Assembly: GCA_029261155.1 (NCBI GenBank)
Contig: JAJDBW010000038.1
Coordinates: forward strand, 7,706-71,705
Direction: 5' to 3'
Length of the DNA: 64,000 nucleotides
DNA from: Nitrospirota bacterium
Lineage (GTDB): Bacteria; Nitrospirota; Nitrospiria; SBBL01; JAADHI01
Positions 9,308 to 19,184 of the stretch are shown one piece after another (positions within the stretch are counted from its first letter, which is position 1; every line of letters begins with the position of its first letter). The position numbers and the translations under genes are program-made. A model generated the notes under the pieces. The model ran no database searches, was not told the DNA's origin, and saw only the letters and a list, made by a program, of their open reading frames with translations.

Positions 9308-9329
9308 AAGGAATCTGATCAAACGGGCC

Positions 9330-9797
9330 TCAATGCCCTTGATTATCGCGTAATCTTTCAAAAAACCTTTGCAGCAATCGCCGAGCGTCCTCTGCCAAGA
9401 CGCCACCGAGTACTTCGACGTGGTGATTAAAACGGGGTTCACGAACCACATCGACGATCGATCCGCAGCCGCCCGCTTTTAGGTCAGTCGCGCCGTAAAC
9501 CAGCCGGTCAATCCGGGCTTGTACGAGGGCTCCGGCGCACATCACACAAGGCTCCAAGGTGGCATAGAGCGTTCCGCCCAGTCGCCATCGGCTCAATTGT
9601 TGCGCGCCTTCTCGTAGCGCCAAGATTTCGGCATGGGCGGTTGGATCGTGTTGGGACTCTTTTAAATTGTGGGCGACGATTGTGGTTTCACCAGAAACAA
9701 GCAGAGCACCGACAGGAACCTCCCCTAAAGCAAAGGCTTGTTCAGCCGCCAAAAGGGCCTGTCGCATATATCGCGTATCGCGTTCGCTTGGAACCAT
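9330..9797 (-). CDS. tadA: tRNA-specific adenosine deaminase
   Basis: 155 aa with the CDA-fold zinc motifs HAEILAL and PCVMCAGAL. Confidence 0.9.
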   Translation of the reverse strand: MVPSERDTRYMRQALLAAEQAFALGEVPVGALLVSGETTIVAHNLKESQHDPTAHAEILALREGAQQLSRWRLGGTLYATLEPCVMCAGALVQARIDRLVYGATDLKAGGCGSIVDVVREPRFNHHVEVLGGVLAEDARRLLQRFFERLRDNQGH

Positions 9798-10245
9798 CCG
9801 TGTGAAGGTATTTCGTTACCGTGCGGCGGATCTTATGAAAATCAGCAGGGAAAGTCAAGATTTCCGGTGGTTTTGCCGATCTCCGCTAACAGTGCACTTA
9901 TATCCTAAAGATCCGAGATGGAATCGGGGTTTTTCACAGCAGCAAATAAAAGCTAAGCCGCTAAAAATGCTCAGAAAATCTTTCTTTCTCTCGTTTTTCA
10001 GCTTTTAGAAAGTTTTTTGACTTTCATTTGCGGGTATGCTATTAGTGTGAAATAACTTTGAGATGAAGGGTCTTGAAAAAGATCTTTCCGGGAACTTAGC
10101 CCGGATAACCCCAACAATTAAATCATGATCGAATTATAAATAGGATTGGCACTATTTCAACTTTTTCAATACCTTATTTAAAAGAGAACTCGTCTATGCG
10201 TCCTGATTTTAAATATATAGGGTATACAAGCGTAAGGGATTCAAG

Positions 10246-12960
10246 ATGTCCGAAATACCGCTCGAAATCTCATTACCTGATCAAAGTGATGAACATGATG
10301 GAAACGAAAGGCCAACTGTTGACGATGCATCTTCGCGGCTCTATGAAAAGATAAGTCCGGTAATCCAGCTTTTTTCAGATTTTGCTGAGACAAAAGACAA
10401 TTCAGCAACTTTCTTAGAACGCCTCTTAGACCAAGTGAAAACCGTTATGGGAGCCGATCTTTTGCTCCTTTTCGGATGGGATGAGGGAAAACAGGAGTGG
10501 CCGCTCCTCTACCATCACCGACTGCCAACCCGCATAATAAAAGATGGGGTTGTGCCGCGTGCCTGGCAGTCCTTGCCTTCCATCGTCCTTCAGGAGGGCG
10601 ATCACCTCTTTTCAGACAACATCGCTAAAGATCGCCGCTTTGTCGGTCAGGTGATCCGAGGCTTGAACCTGCACACCTTCAGCGCCCATACCCTTCGATC
10701 TAAAGACATTCTGCTCGGTTCCGTTTCCATCTGTTACGAAAACCCGGATGCCTTGTCGCCTGTAGACCAAGAGGCCTTCGCATTAATGGCGAAGTTGCTG
10801 ATTCCGCTCTTCCCCTTGAAAGAAAAACAAGCGCAGGAAAATAAGGCTCAGGAGATCAGGGTCCAAGATACGCCGATTGAGGAAAAACCCGAGTCCATGG
10901 TGCTCTCGCTCGATCTGTCGGGCCGCATTCTTTCCTGCGATGCCTCTTTTGCCGATCTGCTTGGACATCCACCCGAACGGATTCTGAAAAAGCCGCTTTC
11001 CCGATTTTTAACCCGCGCCAGCCGGGGAAAATATTCGGAGGCGCTCAAAGCCCTGAAAGCGGATCAAGGCGAAGCCGAACGCCCGCCTCTTAAATTAGAG
11101 GTGGCTAAACATGGTGGCCGGAAGCGTATTCTTCAGGCGTCGCTTCAAGTCATCAAAAGCGACGATCAACTCGTCGGCTTTGAGATGACCGCGGAAAATG
11201 TCTCCGACATCGAGCCCCTGGAGAAAGAACTCCTGATTAAGGATGTCGTCCTTTCCATCTTGAATTCACTCTTTATTTCCCTAGGTCAGTCTATCCCGGA
11301 AGAAGAGTCCTTAAAAACGGCTTTCGACAAAGTGGTGCCCTTCTTTGGTGCCGAAGCGGGTATGTTGTTACAGCTCGACGACAAGAGACAAAAACTTCAA
11401 TTGCTTGCCTCTCAAGGTCTACAAACCGAGGGTCTCGATCAGCCTGGAAAAAAAGGGATCGATCGCAAAGAGCATGTTTTATGGAAAGTGATTGAGGAAA
11501 AAACCCCCATCTTGTTGGTTGCCGAGTCAAAGGATGTTCCCTTAGATACACAACAGGTGGGAGAGGCGGACCTTGTGTCTTACATGGCCGTTCCCTTGGA
11601 ATCGAGCGATCAGCTCTGGGGTGTCCTCTGTTTTTTTAGCGCCACGCGGATTTTTACCGCGGCGGACCTAAAATCTCTTGAAACCATCGGGCAGCAGATC
11701 GGTTTTGCCGTCAATCAAACCCGATTATACCATTGCCTGCACAAGCAGATTGACGCGCTTAAAGTCCTCAATGAGGCAGGCAAGTCGCTTTCAAAAAGTC
11801 TTAATCTCGAGCAAGCCTTGGCTTCGACCGTCAACAGTCTGAGGAAAATGATTGGCGTTAGTAACAGTTATATCTTTATGACCGATGACAAAAGGAATTA
11901 TCTTACCGGCGTGGCGGCCTCTGGCCAGCTGGGCAATGCGGTGCGAAAAATGGAATTTAAATCAAGCGAAAACAGCTTGGTGCCCTTGACGGCGAGGGAG
12001 CGCCATCCCATCATCGTCGAGAACGCCTCGCGAGAGGCGATCATCGGAAAAAAATGGATGAAGACCTTCAAATCGCGCTCGCTTCTATCGGTCCCCTTAA
12101 TCAACAAGGAGCGGGTCCTGGGCGTGATGATCCTGGATGAATGCCGTTTTTATCGAAAGTTTAGAGATGAAGAAGTCGAAAAAATCGTCGGCCTGGCCGA
12201 ACAAGTAACCCTTTCTATTGAGAACGCAAAGCAATACCACGCGGTTAGCCGACATCGGGAGCGTTTGCAGACCCTCTCCTCCGCAATCGTCAACATTCAA
12301 GAAGAAGAACATCGTCGTATTGCCAAGAAACTACGAAGCGAGGCCGGCGGCGCGTTAACAACCATACAAAAAGATTTGGCATGGATCAACGAAACGCTTG
12401 AGGGCGCAAGGGAGCCCAACGCCGCTTCCGACCCCGCCCTCATTAAGAAACGCCTTGAAAAAATGAAGACGCAAATCGGTGAAACCGCAGAGACCTTGCG
12501 GGCGCTTTCTCACGGTTTGAGGCCCGCGATATTGGACGATTCCGGTCTAATCTCCACCTTGAAATGGTATATCAAGGAATTCGAATCTCAAAACAAAACG
12601 AAAGTCCTGCTTCAAACCAATGGTTCGACGAAGCGCTTCCCGGCCCGCATTGAAATTCTCCTCTTTCGTATTGTCCAGGAAGCCATGGCGAATATCTCCG
12701 ACCATTCCGCGGCGGATTCGGCCATTGTCTCGCTCGAAAAGCGCGAACCCTATGCCCACCTCTACATTACGGATGACGGCAAAGGCTTTGACGTCAAAAA
12801 ATATTTCTCATCGCCCCAGGTCATTCGAAAAGGAATTGGTATCCTCGGAATGAAAGAGCGCATTGAGTTGGCGGGCGGCACCTTTTTTATCGACTCCAAC
12901 CCCGGTAACGGCACCCGTATTTCGATTCGCGTTCCCGTCGTCAGACGAAGCGCCTCTTAA
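10246..12960 (+). CDS. multi-sensor histidine kinase (GAF-PAS-GAF-GAF-HisKA_3-HATPase_c)
   Basis: 904 aa. PAS-like segment (LSLDLSGRILSCDASFADLLGH), several GAF-like segments, a NarX/DegS-type dimerisation/His box (EEEHRRIAKKLRSEAGG), and an ATPase with DDGKGF and GIGILGMKERIELAGG. Confidence 0.85.
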   Translation: MSEIPLEISLPDQSDEHDGNERPTVDDASSRLYEKISPVIQLFSDFAETKDNSATFLERLLDQVKTVMGADLLLLFGWDEGKQEWPLLYHHRLPTRIIKDGVVPRAWQSLPSIVLQEGDHLFSDNIAKDRRFVGQVIRGLNLHTFSAHTLRSKDILLGSVSICYENPDALSPVDQEAFALMAKLLIPLFPLKEKQAQENKAQEIRVQDTPIEEKPESMVLSLDLSGRILSCDASFADLLGHPPERILKKPLSRFLTRASRGKYSEALKALKADQGEAERPPLKLEVAKHGGRKRILQASLQVIKSDDQLVGFEMTAENVSDIEPLEKELLIKDVVLSILNSLFISLGQSIPEEESLKTAFDKVVPFFGAEAGMLLQLDDKRQKLQLLASQGLQTEGLDQPGKKGIDRKEHVLWKVIEEKTPILLVAESKDVPLDTQQVGEADLVSYMAVPLESSDQLWGVLCFFSATRIFTAADLKSLETIGQQIGFAVNQTRLYHCLHKQIDALKVLNEAGKSLSKSLNLEQALASTVNSLRKMIGVSNSYIFMTDDKRNYLTGVAASGQLGNAVRKMEFKSSENSLVPLTARERHPIIVENASREAIIGKKWMKTFKSRSLLSVPLINKERVLGVMILDECRFYRKFRDEEVEKIVGLAEQVTLSIENAKQYHAVSRHRERLQTLSSAIVNIQEEEHRRIAKKLRSEAGGALTTIQKDLAWINETLEGAREPNAASDPALIKKRLEKMKTQIGETAETLRALSHGLRPAILDDSGLISTLKWYIKEFESQNKTKVLLQTNGSTKRFPARIEILLFRIVQEAMANISDHSAADSAIVSLEKREPYAHLYITDDGKGFDVKKYFSSPQVIRKGIGILGMKERIELAGGTFFIDSNPGNGTRISIRVPVVRRSAS

Positions 12961-13080
12961 ACCGTTTCAAGGCAATCTCCGTTTTACCCCACAATGTCAG
13001 GAGAAGGGTTTCTCCCAAGCCCTGCCCAGGGAAAAACCCCGAGATATTTATACGAAGGAAATAAATCGTGGTGCTCAATG

Positions 13081-13131
13081 TAGGGGCAGACCCGTGTGTC
13101 TGCTTAATTCGGTCGCACACATCGGTGCGCC
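13081..13131. terminator. two short GC hairpins between convergent genes (TAGGGGC-type REP-like element plus a second hairpin)
   Basis: GCAGAC(13086-13091)/GTCTGC(13098-13103) and CGCAC(13114-13118)/GTGCG(13125-13129). They lie between the kinase stop (12960) and the prfB stop (13165). Confidence 0.45.
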
Positions 13132-13164
13132 CCGACAAACCCAGATAATAAATTACTGAATTGA

Positions 13165-14260
13165 TTAGCGCGGGCGTTTAAGGTAGCCATCAACAAAGAG
13201 GTCGAGGTCGCCATCCATCACTGCCGAAACGTTACCCTTTTCGATGCCGGTCCGGTGGTCTTTCACCATTTGGTAGGGTTGAAAAACATAAGACCGAATT
13301 TGGCTGCCCCAAGCAATCTCTTTTTTCTCCCCTGTCATTTTCGCCATATCTTCTTCCTTCTTTTTTTGTGCTAACTCATAGAGGCGAGATTTCAACACGG
13401 CCATGGCGACTTCTTTGTTCTGCCGCTGGCTGCGTTCGTTTTGACACTGGGTGACGACACCACTGGGTAAATGGGTCAATCGAACGGCCGAAGAGGTTTT
13501 GTTTACATGTTGGCCGCCCGCGCCGCTGGCCCGATAGGTGTCGATGCGCAGGTCTTTTTCATCGATGACAATGTCCGGATCGTCCGTAACTTCCGGGGAG
13601 ACAAAGACCGAGGCAAAAGAGGTGTGCCTGCGCTTGTTCGAATCGAAAGGCGAGATGCGAACCAGGCGATGAATGCCGGCTTCCGCTTTAAAATAACCAT
13701 AGGCATAAGGCCCTTTTACGAGCAGGGTCAGGCTTTTGATGCCCGCTTCTTCGCCCGCTTGCAAATCCAGGGTTTCGACCTCGAAGTCTTTTCGTTCGAT
13801 CCAACGCAGATACATTCGGCTGAGCATTTGTGCCCAGTCTTGCGACTCCGTTCCACCCGCGCCGGGATGGATGGTGACGATCACGTTGTTAAAATCTTTC
13901 GGACCCGTAAAGAGGGTTTCAATCGTCAAGGTGTCGAGACGCGCGCGGAGCGTGGTTAACAGGGCTTCGATTTCGTTTTCGACGGAGGGATCGGCTTCTT
14001 CACGGCTCAAGTCGATGAGCACGCCCGCGTCTTCGCAGGCCGTATCGATCTCCTGCCACTGCTTTATGGATTTTTCGAGCTGGGTTTTTAGGGCGATCTT
14101 TTTTTGAGCCGCACCGGAGTCGTTCCAGAATTCGGGGGAAGCGGCCTCGGCGCTCAGTTGTGCGATTTGTTCCTTGGATGAAGCGAGGTCAAAGATGACC
14201 TCGGAGCTGAGTCACTTCACTCCGGATCGTTTTGAGTCTCTCTTCCAATTCATACAACAT
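13165..14260 (-). CDS. prfB: peptide chain release factor 2, requires programmed +1 frameshift
   Basis: Frame 0 runs from ATG 14260 (MLYELEERLKTIRSEVTQLRGHL) to an in-frame TGA. The +1 frame continues DLASSKEQIAQL... into the track ORF, which carries SPF and GGQ (SGAGGQHVN). Total about 364 aa. The start overlaps the lnt 3' end by 11 nt. Confidence 0.95.
14188..14194 (-). other. RF2 autoregulatory +1 frameshift site CTT TGA C
   Basis: The minus strand reads ...CGAGGTCAT CTT TGA C.... This is the canonical CUU-UGA-C heptamer, with a GAGG Shine-Dalgarno-like element a few nt upstream. Confidence 0.9.
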
Positions 14261-15809
14261 GCGAAGCCCTCCTTTTTAACAAGGTTGCCGATAAAAATAA
14301 AAATGCGATTATAGCACAGAGCGCGGCAAATAGATCGCCGTATTGTGTATAGAAACTTCTCTCTTTGCCTAGACGAAGATGCTGTGTCGCGACGTCTTCG
14401 ACATTGAGTGAACTCTGATAGAGGATGCGTCCCCAAGGATCGATAAAACCGGAGATGCCCGAATTTGCGGCACGCGCGAAAGGAACACGATTTTCAATTG
14501 CCCTAAAGGTCACCATGGCAAAATGTTGGGCCGGTGCGGCGGAGGTCCCGAACCAGCCGTCATTGGTGATCGTGGTCATCACCTGCGCGCCTGCTTTGAC
14601 GAAGCGCCGTACCAGGTCGGGAAAGATCACCTCATAGCAGATGACGGTGCCGATCCTGGCACCCTGGCTTTCCATGATGGTCGGTCCCGTGCCGGGTAGA
14701 AAGTCGGAAATACCGGTGACCAGTTTGTTGACGAAAAATAATATCCTTTTAAAAGGAACGTATTCGCCAAAAGGGACGAGATGCATTTTGTCGTAGCGCG
14801 CGGCGATGCCCCGTGTCTGCGAGATGAGGTAGGCGCTATTTAAGAGTGAAATTTTCCCACTCACTTCGGTTTGCATTGAGGGCGCGCCCACCAAGAGGTC
14901 GAAGCCTTGGTCCTTGACCATGGCGATGAGCGCCTCCTGATATTCAACTTCCGTGTCAAAGATAAAGGGCAGTGCCGCTTCGGGCCAAATGATTAAACCA
15001 GGCCGTTCGCCAGTTCCCTCTTGCAGGGCCGAGCGGGACAGTGCTTTGTAGTGCTCGACTGTTCGGTCTTGGAATGTGCGGTTCCACTTTTGGTGCTGGG
15101 GGATGTTGCCCTGAATGACACCGAGGGAGATGCCCTCCTTTTCCTCCATGCCTTGGGAAAGACGGAGAGATCCATAGGCGAAGGTGCCGGCCAGCACGGC
15201 AGCGGTAAGGAGAAGCGGTCTCCAGGCGATGGAAGCACGTTCGCGAAGGCTTCGTGCAATTAAGTAGACCCCGCCGTTCACCAAGACGATGACGAAGCCC
15301 ACTGCATAGATACTGCCAATATCCGCAATTTGAATCATGGGAAGCAGGGCATATTGGGAGTAGGCCAGGCTTGCCCAAGGGAAACCGCTGAGTAGATGGC
15401 CTTTCGCATATTCGAGTATGACCCACAGGGCCGGTGCGAAGAGAAGAAAGCGTGATTCATCGTTCTGAACAAGCCATCGTAATAGGCTTGAAAAAAGACC
15501 AAGATATACTGCTAAATAGCTCACGAGAGCTAACATTAGAAGGGTGCTTATTGCCCAAGGAAGCTTGCCGTATTCGGCCATGGTAAAGGCCAACCAAGAC
15601 ACGGTCCCCAAAAAATAGGCGAAGCCGCAAAGCCAACCGAGGAAGAAGGCCCGAGAAGGCGTCGATTTATGGAGCGCGAAAAATAGAGGAACGAAGGCGA
15701 CCCAGGCGAAGAGATAAGCTTCGGTGTGGGGAAAGCTAAGCGCCAGAAGCAGACCGGAAAGCAAGGCCAAGACCGCTGGGAGAACTGCGGCGAAACGTCT
15801 GGGGTTCAC
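14250..15809 (-). CDS. lnt: apolipoprotein N-acyltransferase
   Basis: 519 aa with a polytopic N-terminal half and a C-terminal CN-hydrolase domain (LIIWPEAALPF, GTVICYEVIFPD). Confidence 0.9.
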   Translation of the reverse strand: MNPRRFAAVLPAVLALLSGLLLALSFPHTEAYLFAWVAFVPLFFALHKSTPSRAFFLGWLCGFAYFLGTVSWLAFTMAEYGKLPWAISTLLMLALVSYLAVYLGLFSSLLRWLVQNDESRFLLFAPALWVILEYAKGHLLSGFPWASLAYSQYALLPMIQIADIGSIYAVGFVIVLVNGGVYLIARSLRERASIAWRPLLLTAAVLAGTFAYGSLRLSQGMEEKEGISLGVIQGNIPQHQKWNRTFQDRTVEHYKALSRSALQEGTGERPGLIIWPEAALPFIFDTEVEYQEALIAMVKDQGFDLLVGAPSMQTEVSGKISLLNSAYLISQTRGIAARYDKMHLVPFGEYVPFKRILFFVNKLVTGISDFLPGTGPTIMESQGARIGTVICYEVIFPDLVRRFVKAGAQVMTTITNDGWFGTSAAPAQHFAMVTFRAIENRVPFARAANSGISGFIDPWGRILYQSSLNVEDVATQHLRLGKERSFYTQYGDLFAALCAIIAFLFLSATLLKRRASHVV

Positions 15810-15847
15810 ATCCTTTGTGCCGGAGAATCGCCTGATCTTAAACCTGT

Positions 15848-16438
15848 TTAGTTTTTCGATTTCGGATGATGATCGATTCCGACGTAGGCCTCGATAAAAC
15901 GCCGGATTCGGGCTTCGTCGAAGGCATCGAGCCGATCGATTTTACCCCAGGCCGTCAAGGCGATCTTTGTGTCCATGTCGCGATAGGGTCCAACCAAAAT
16001 ATGCCCATACTTACTTTGACCCTTTTCTTTCTTTTCCTTTTTGGCCTTCTTCAGATATTCCCAGCCAATTTTTTCGAGCTTTTTGATCATATCCTTACAG
16101 TCGTCGCAATTATATTGAACAACAACCCCTCCGTCTTCAAGGTTGTGCACCTGGAGTTCATCGGGGACTTGTTGCCGGTAAACACCCCACTTGGCGACAT
16201 TGTGGGTGTGCGGTCCTGAGGTCGGCGGTTTGGTGTTGTAGGGGACGTGCGGGGCCTTCAGCGAGGAGATATGCTCGTTACCAAGCGTCATTACCGATTG
16301 GCCGGGGCTGTCCGTTTCCTCGGCCGAAGTCTCAGCTTTTTCGTTTGTTGCGGGTGCCGCCGGGTCTTCGGCCGCAAGCGGTACCGTGACGAGCAGGGAG
16401 AATACGAAGAGCGTTGTTCCGATCCAAAACGATTTCAT
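15848..16438 (-). CDS. secreted DUF3105-family protein
   Basis: 196 aa with a signal peptide and a conserved YNTKPPTSGPH ... HNLEDGGVVVQY pattern that I recall from DUF3105. Confidence 0.7.
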   Translation of the reverse strand: MKSFWIGTTLFVFSLLVTVPLAAEDPAAPATNEKAETSAEETDSPGQSVMTLGNEHISSLKAPHVPYNTKPPTSGPHTHNVAKWGVYRQQVPDELQVHNLEDGGVVVQYNCDDCKDMIKKLEKIGWEYLKKAKKEKKEKGQSKYGHILVGPYRDMDTKIALTAWGKIDRLDAFDEARIRRFIEAYVGIDHHPKSKN

Positions 16439-16766
16439 TCAGTCATTACCTCCAAAAAAAAATGTAAAATTGATCTTAACAAATCAGGGGGCCGAATAAC
16501 AGGGACGGATTGGCATGGCGCAGATTCTACAAAGGACCAATCGGAAGGCGATTTCGGTCTGCATCAGTCCCGCTTCATCAGCTGAAATAGAAACCAGAAA
16601 ATTAGGCCCATGATCAAGATATTTAAGATTAATGCAATTCCCATTGCAGGCCCCTTTCGTTCAACTTTTAAATCGGTGCGCGTCATTAAACGCGTTATTG
16701 GTCTAAGCTTTACACGAAATCCTGCAATGGATCAAGCACCGTCTGGATGTGGGAGGCCTCTTTTGT

Positions 16767-17951
16767 TTAGATCGCCAATCCGGCGCAGTGCCCGGATGCC
16801 CAGGCCCATTGAAAATTGTAGCCGCCCAGCCAGCCGGTCACATCGAGCACTTCTCCAATAAAATAGAGCCCCGGCACCGACTTGGTCTCGAAGGTCTTAG
16901 AGGAGAGTGCATCCGTATCCACGCCTCCAGTCGTTACCTCCGCCGATCGGTAGCCCGCGGTTCCGCTGGGGACAACTTCCCAACGATGGAAACGTGTTGC
17001 GATGGCATGAATTTCTTTCGGGTTGTATTGGCAGAGCGGCTTATTACCCGGCTCCACTTCCAGCCAGCGTTGCACGAGCCGTTTGGACAGGTGCGCGTTT
17101 AAACAGGACTTGAGTTCCGCACGCGGTCTTTCCTTTTTCCACTGCGGAATCGTCTTTTCGAGATGGAAATCGGGAAGCAGGTTCACCTCGATCGGATCGC
17201 CCGCTTGCCAATAATTTGAAATTTGCAAGATGGCTGGACCGCTGAGTCCCTTATGGGTAAAGAGCATGGCCTCCCGAAAAGACTGCGTATTACACGAGAC
17301 CAGGGCCTCCACGGAGATGCCGGACAAGCCTTCAACGTTTTTCAATTCCTTATCGCCTAAGCGAAAGGCGACGAGGCCGGGCCGGCAAGGAATGAGGGGG
17401 AGCCCGAATTGTTTCGCGATTTCATAACCGAAAGCGCTGGCCCCGATTTTCGGGACGGAAAGGCCCCCCGTGGCGATGACGAGCGATTGGGTTTCGAATT
17501 CGCCTGCATTGGTTTGGAGTCTAAACCGGCCTTGATTTTCTATGCGGTCGATTTTCTCGATACGGTATTGCGTTTGAATTCGAACTCCGCCCTTACGACA
17601 TTCGTCCAATAAGAGATTCACAATTTGAATCGCTTTGCCGTCACAAAAAAGCTGGCCCAAAGTCTTCTCATGATAGGCGATGCCATGCTTCTCAACCAGG
17701 GCGATAAAATCCTGCGGCTTAAAACGGCTGAGAGCCGACTTGCAAAAATGCGGATTGTGCGACAGAAAGTTTTCCGGTTCTACGTTGAGGTTGGTGAAAT
17801 TACAGCGTCCGCCGCCGGAGATTAGAATCTTTTTCCCCACCCGCTCGGCATGATCCACAAGCAGCACGCGGCGGCCGCGTTGTCCGGCGGTGAGCGCGCA
17901 CATCAGACCGGCTGCGCCGCCGCCGATGACAATAAGGTCAAAGTTTAGCAT
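16767..17951 (-). CDS. FAD-dependent oxidoreductase, HI0933/YhiN (BaiN-like) family
   Basis: 394 aa with the N-terminal dinucleotide fold DLIVIGGGAAGLM, GGGRCNFTN, and C-terminal GLYFIGEVLDVTGWLGGYNFQWAW. Confidence 0.85.
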   Translation of the reverse strand: MLNFDLIVIGGGAAGLMCALTAGQRGRRVLLVDHAERVGKKILISGGGRCNFTNLNVEPENFLSHNPHFCKSALSRFKPQDFIALVEKHGIAYHEKTLGQLFCDGKAIQIVNLLLDECRKGGVRIQTQYRIEKIDRIENQGRFRLQTNAGEFETQSLVIATGGLSVPKIGASAFGYEIAKQFGLPLIPCRPGLVAFRLGDKELKNVEGLSGISVEALVSCNTQSFREAMLFTHKGLSGPAILQISNYWQAGDPIEVNLLPDFHLEKTIPQWKKERPRAELKSCLNAHLSKRLVQRWLEVEPGNKPLCQYNPKEIHAIATRFHRWEVVPSGTAGYRSAEVTTGGVDTDALSSKTFETKSVPGLYFIGEVLDVTGWLGGYNFQWAWASGHCAGLAI

Positions 17952-17953
17952 TA

Positions 17954-19051
17954 TTATTCAAGTGGGCGAACTCCCAGCTGTTTCCGGTTTCGCCACTCCC
18001 TCAGGGCCAACACAATCAAACTGAACAAGGTCAGCGGGATGACGAAATAATAAAGCGCATTGCCGAGCTTTGGCAAGGCCTCATGCCCTGTTGTATCCAA
18101 AATAAGAAAGAGGGTATAGAGGACATAGTAAAAAAGAAATAAAATGCCCTCCCAGCGCGCAATCAGGTTCCCGGTGAAAAAGATCGGCAGGCAGGCGGCG
18201 GCGACGGCAATCATCACGGGGATATCGAATCGGAGGGCAGCCGGGGAGATATCAATTCCTAAAGGGGAGATGAGGCTTGTGAAGCCCAAAACGCCAAGGA
18301 GATTAAACAAGTTGCTGCCGACCACGTTGCCCACGGCAATGTCGCGTTCGCCTTTTAAGCTCGCAACCACCGAGGTGACCAATTCGGGCATCGAGGTTCC
18401 AGCAGCAATAATTGTGAGCCCGATAATTAAATCGCTTACGCCCAGGTTTTTCGCGATGGCAACGGCGCTGTTCACCAGCCAACTCGAACCGAGCACCAAG
18501 AGGCCCAATCCCGCAATAACCCACAGGATGTTTATATAATGGTTTTTTTGTTCCCTTTCCTTTTTCGCTCCGAAGGCCGCCTCATATTCGTTCTTGATTG
18601 CCGTACTTTCCTTGCGGCTGAGCACAATGAGGAAGACCATGTAGGCGATCAGTCCTAAACATAAAATGCCGCCATCTATCTGGCTGAGATTTCCGTCTCC
18701 ACCGAGGATCAACACCAGTACAGACGCGGCGATCATCAAAGGAACGTCGATGCGTACCAGTTGTTGGGAGACAATCAAGGGGGCGAAGAGCGCCGACAGG
18801 CCGAGAATGAATAAGACGTTAAAGATATTGCTTCCGACGGCGTTGCCCAGGGCGATGTTGGGCTGGCCGGCAAATGCCGATTTAAGACTCACGGCCAATT
18901 CGGGTGCGCTCGTGCCGATGGCCACGACCGTGAGGCCGATGATTAAGGGCGAAATGCCCAGCGCCGCGGCAAGCTTGGATGCGCCCCGGACCAAGGCTTC
19001 CGCGCCCAGGATGAGAAGGATTAAACCAAAGAGTAAGTATAGGTAATTCAT
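17954..19051 (-). CDS. Ca2+/Na+ antiporter (CaCA / YrbG family)
   Basis: 365 aa, polytopic, with two alpha-repeat motifs (GNAVGSNIFN and GNVVGSNLFN). Confidence 0.85.
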   Translation of the reverse strand: MNYLYLLFGLILLILGAEALVRGASKLAAALGISPLIIGLTVVAIGTSAPELAVSLKSAFAGQPNIALGNAVGSNIFNVLFILGLSALFAPLIVSQQLVRIDVPLMIAASVLVLILGGDGNLSQIDGGILCLGLIAYMVFLIVLSRKESTAIKNEYEAAFGAKKEREQKNHYINILWVIAGLGLLVLGSSWLVNSAVAIAKNLGVSDLIIGLTIIAAGTSMPELVTSVVASLKGERDIAVGNVVGSNLFNLLGVLGFTSLISPLGIDISPAALRFDIPVMIAVAAACLPIFFTGNLIARWEGILFLFYYVLYTLFLILDTTGHEALPKLGNALYYFVIPLTLFSLIVLALREWRNRKQLGVRPLE

Positions 19052-19184
19052 GCCGGCCTTTCAGGGCTTGAAGGGAGGGGTCCCGCCTCATATAAGACGT
19101 GCCAAGAATAATTTCAAGGCCTTCTGTTTAAAGGGCCTTCGGTAGCAAAAGCGAATCGTTCCGCCTATTTAAGCCGGTTCAGAC

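Noticed and set aside
8941-9318. 125-aa plus-strand ORF (and 9215-9430)
   Set aside because: It spans the SRP RNA end and both tRNA-Ser genes on the opposite strand. The RNA genes explain the sequence.
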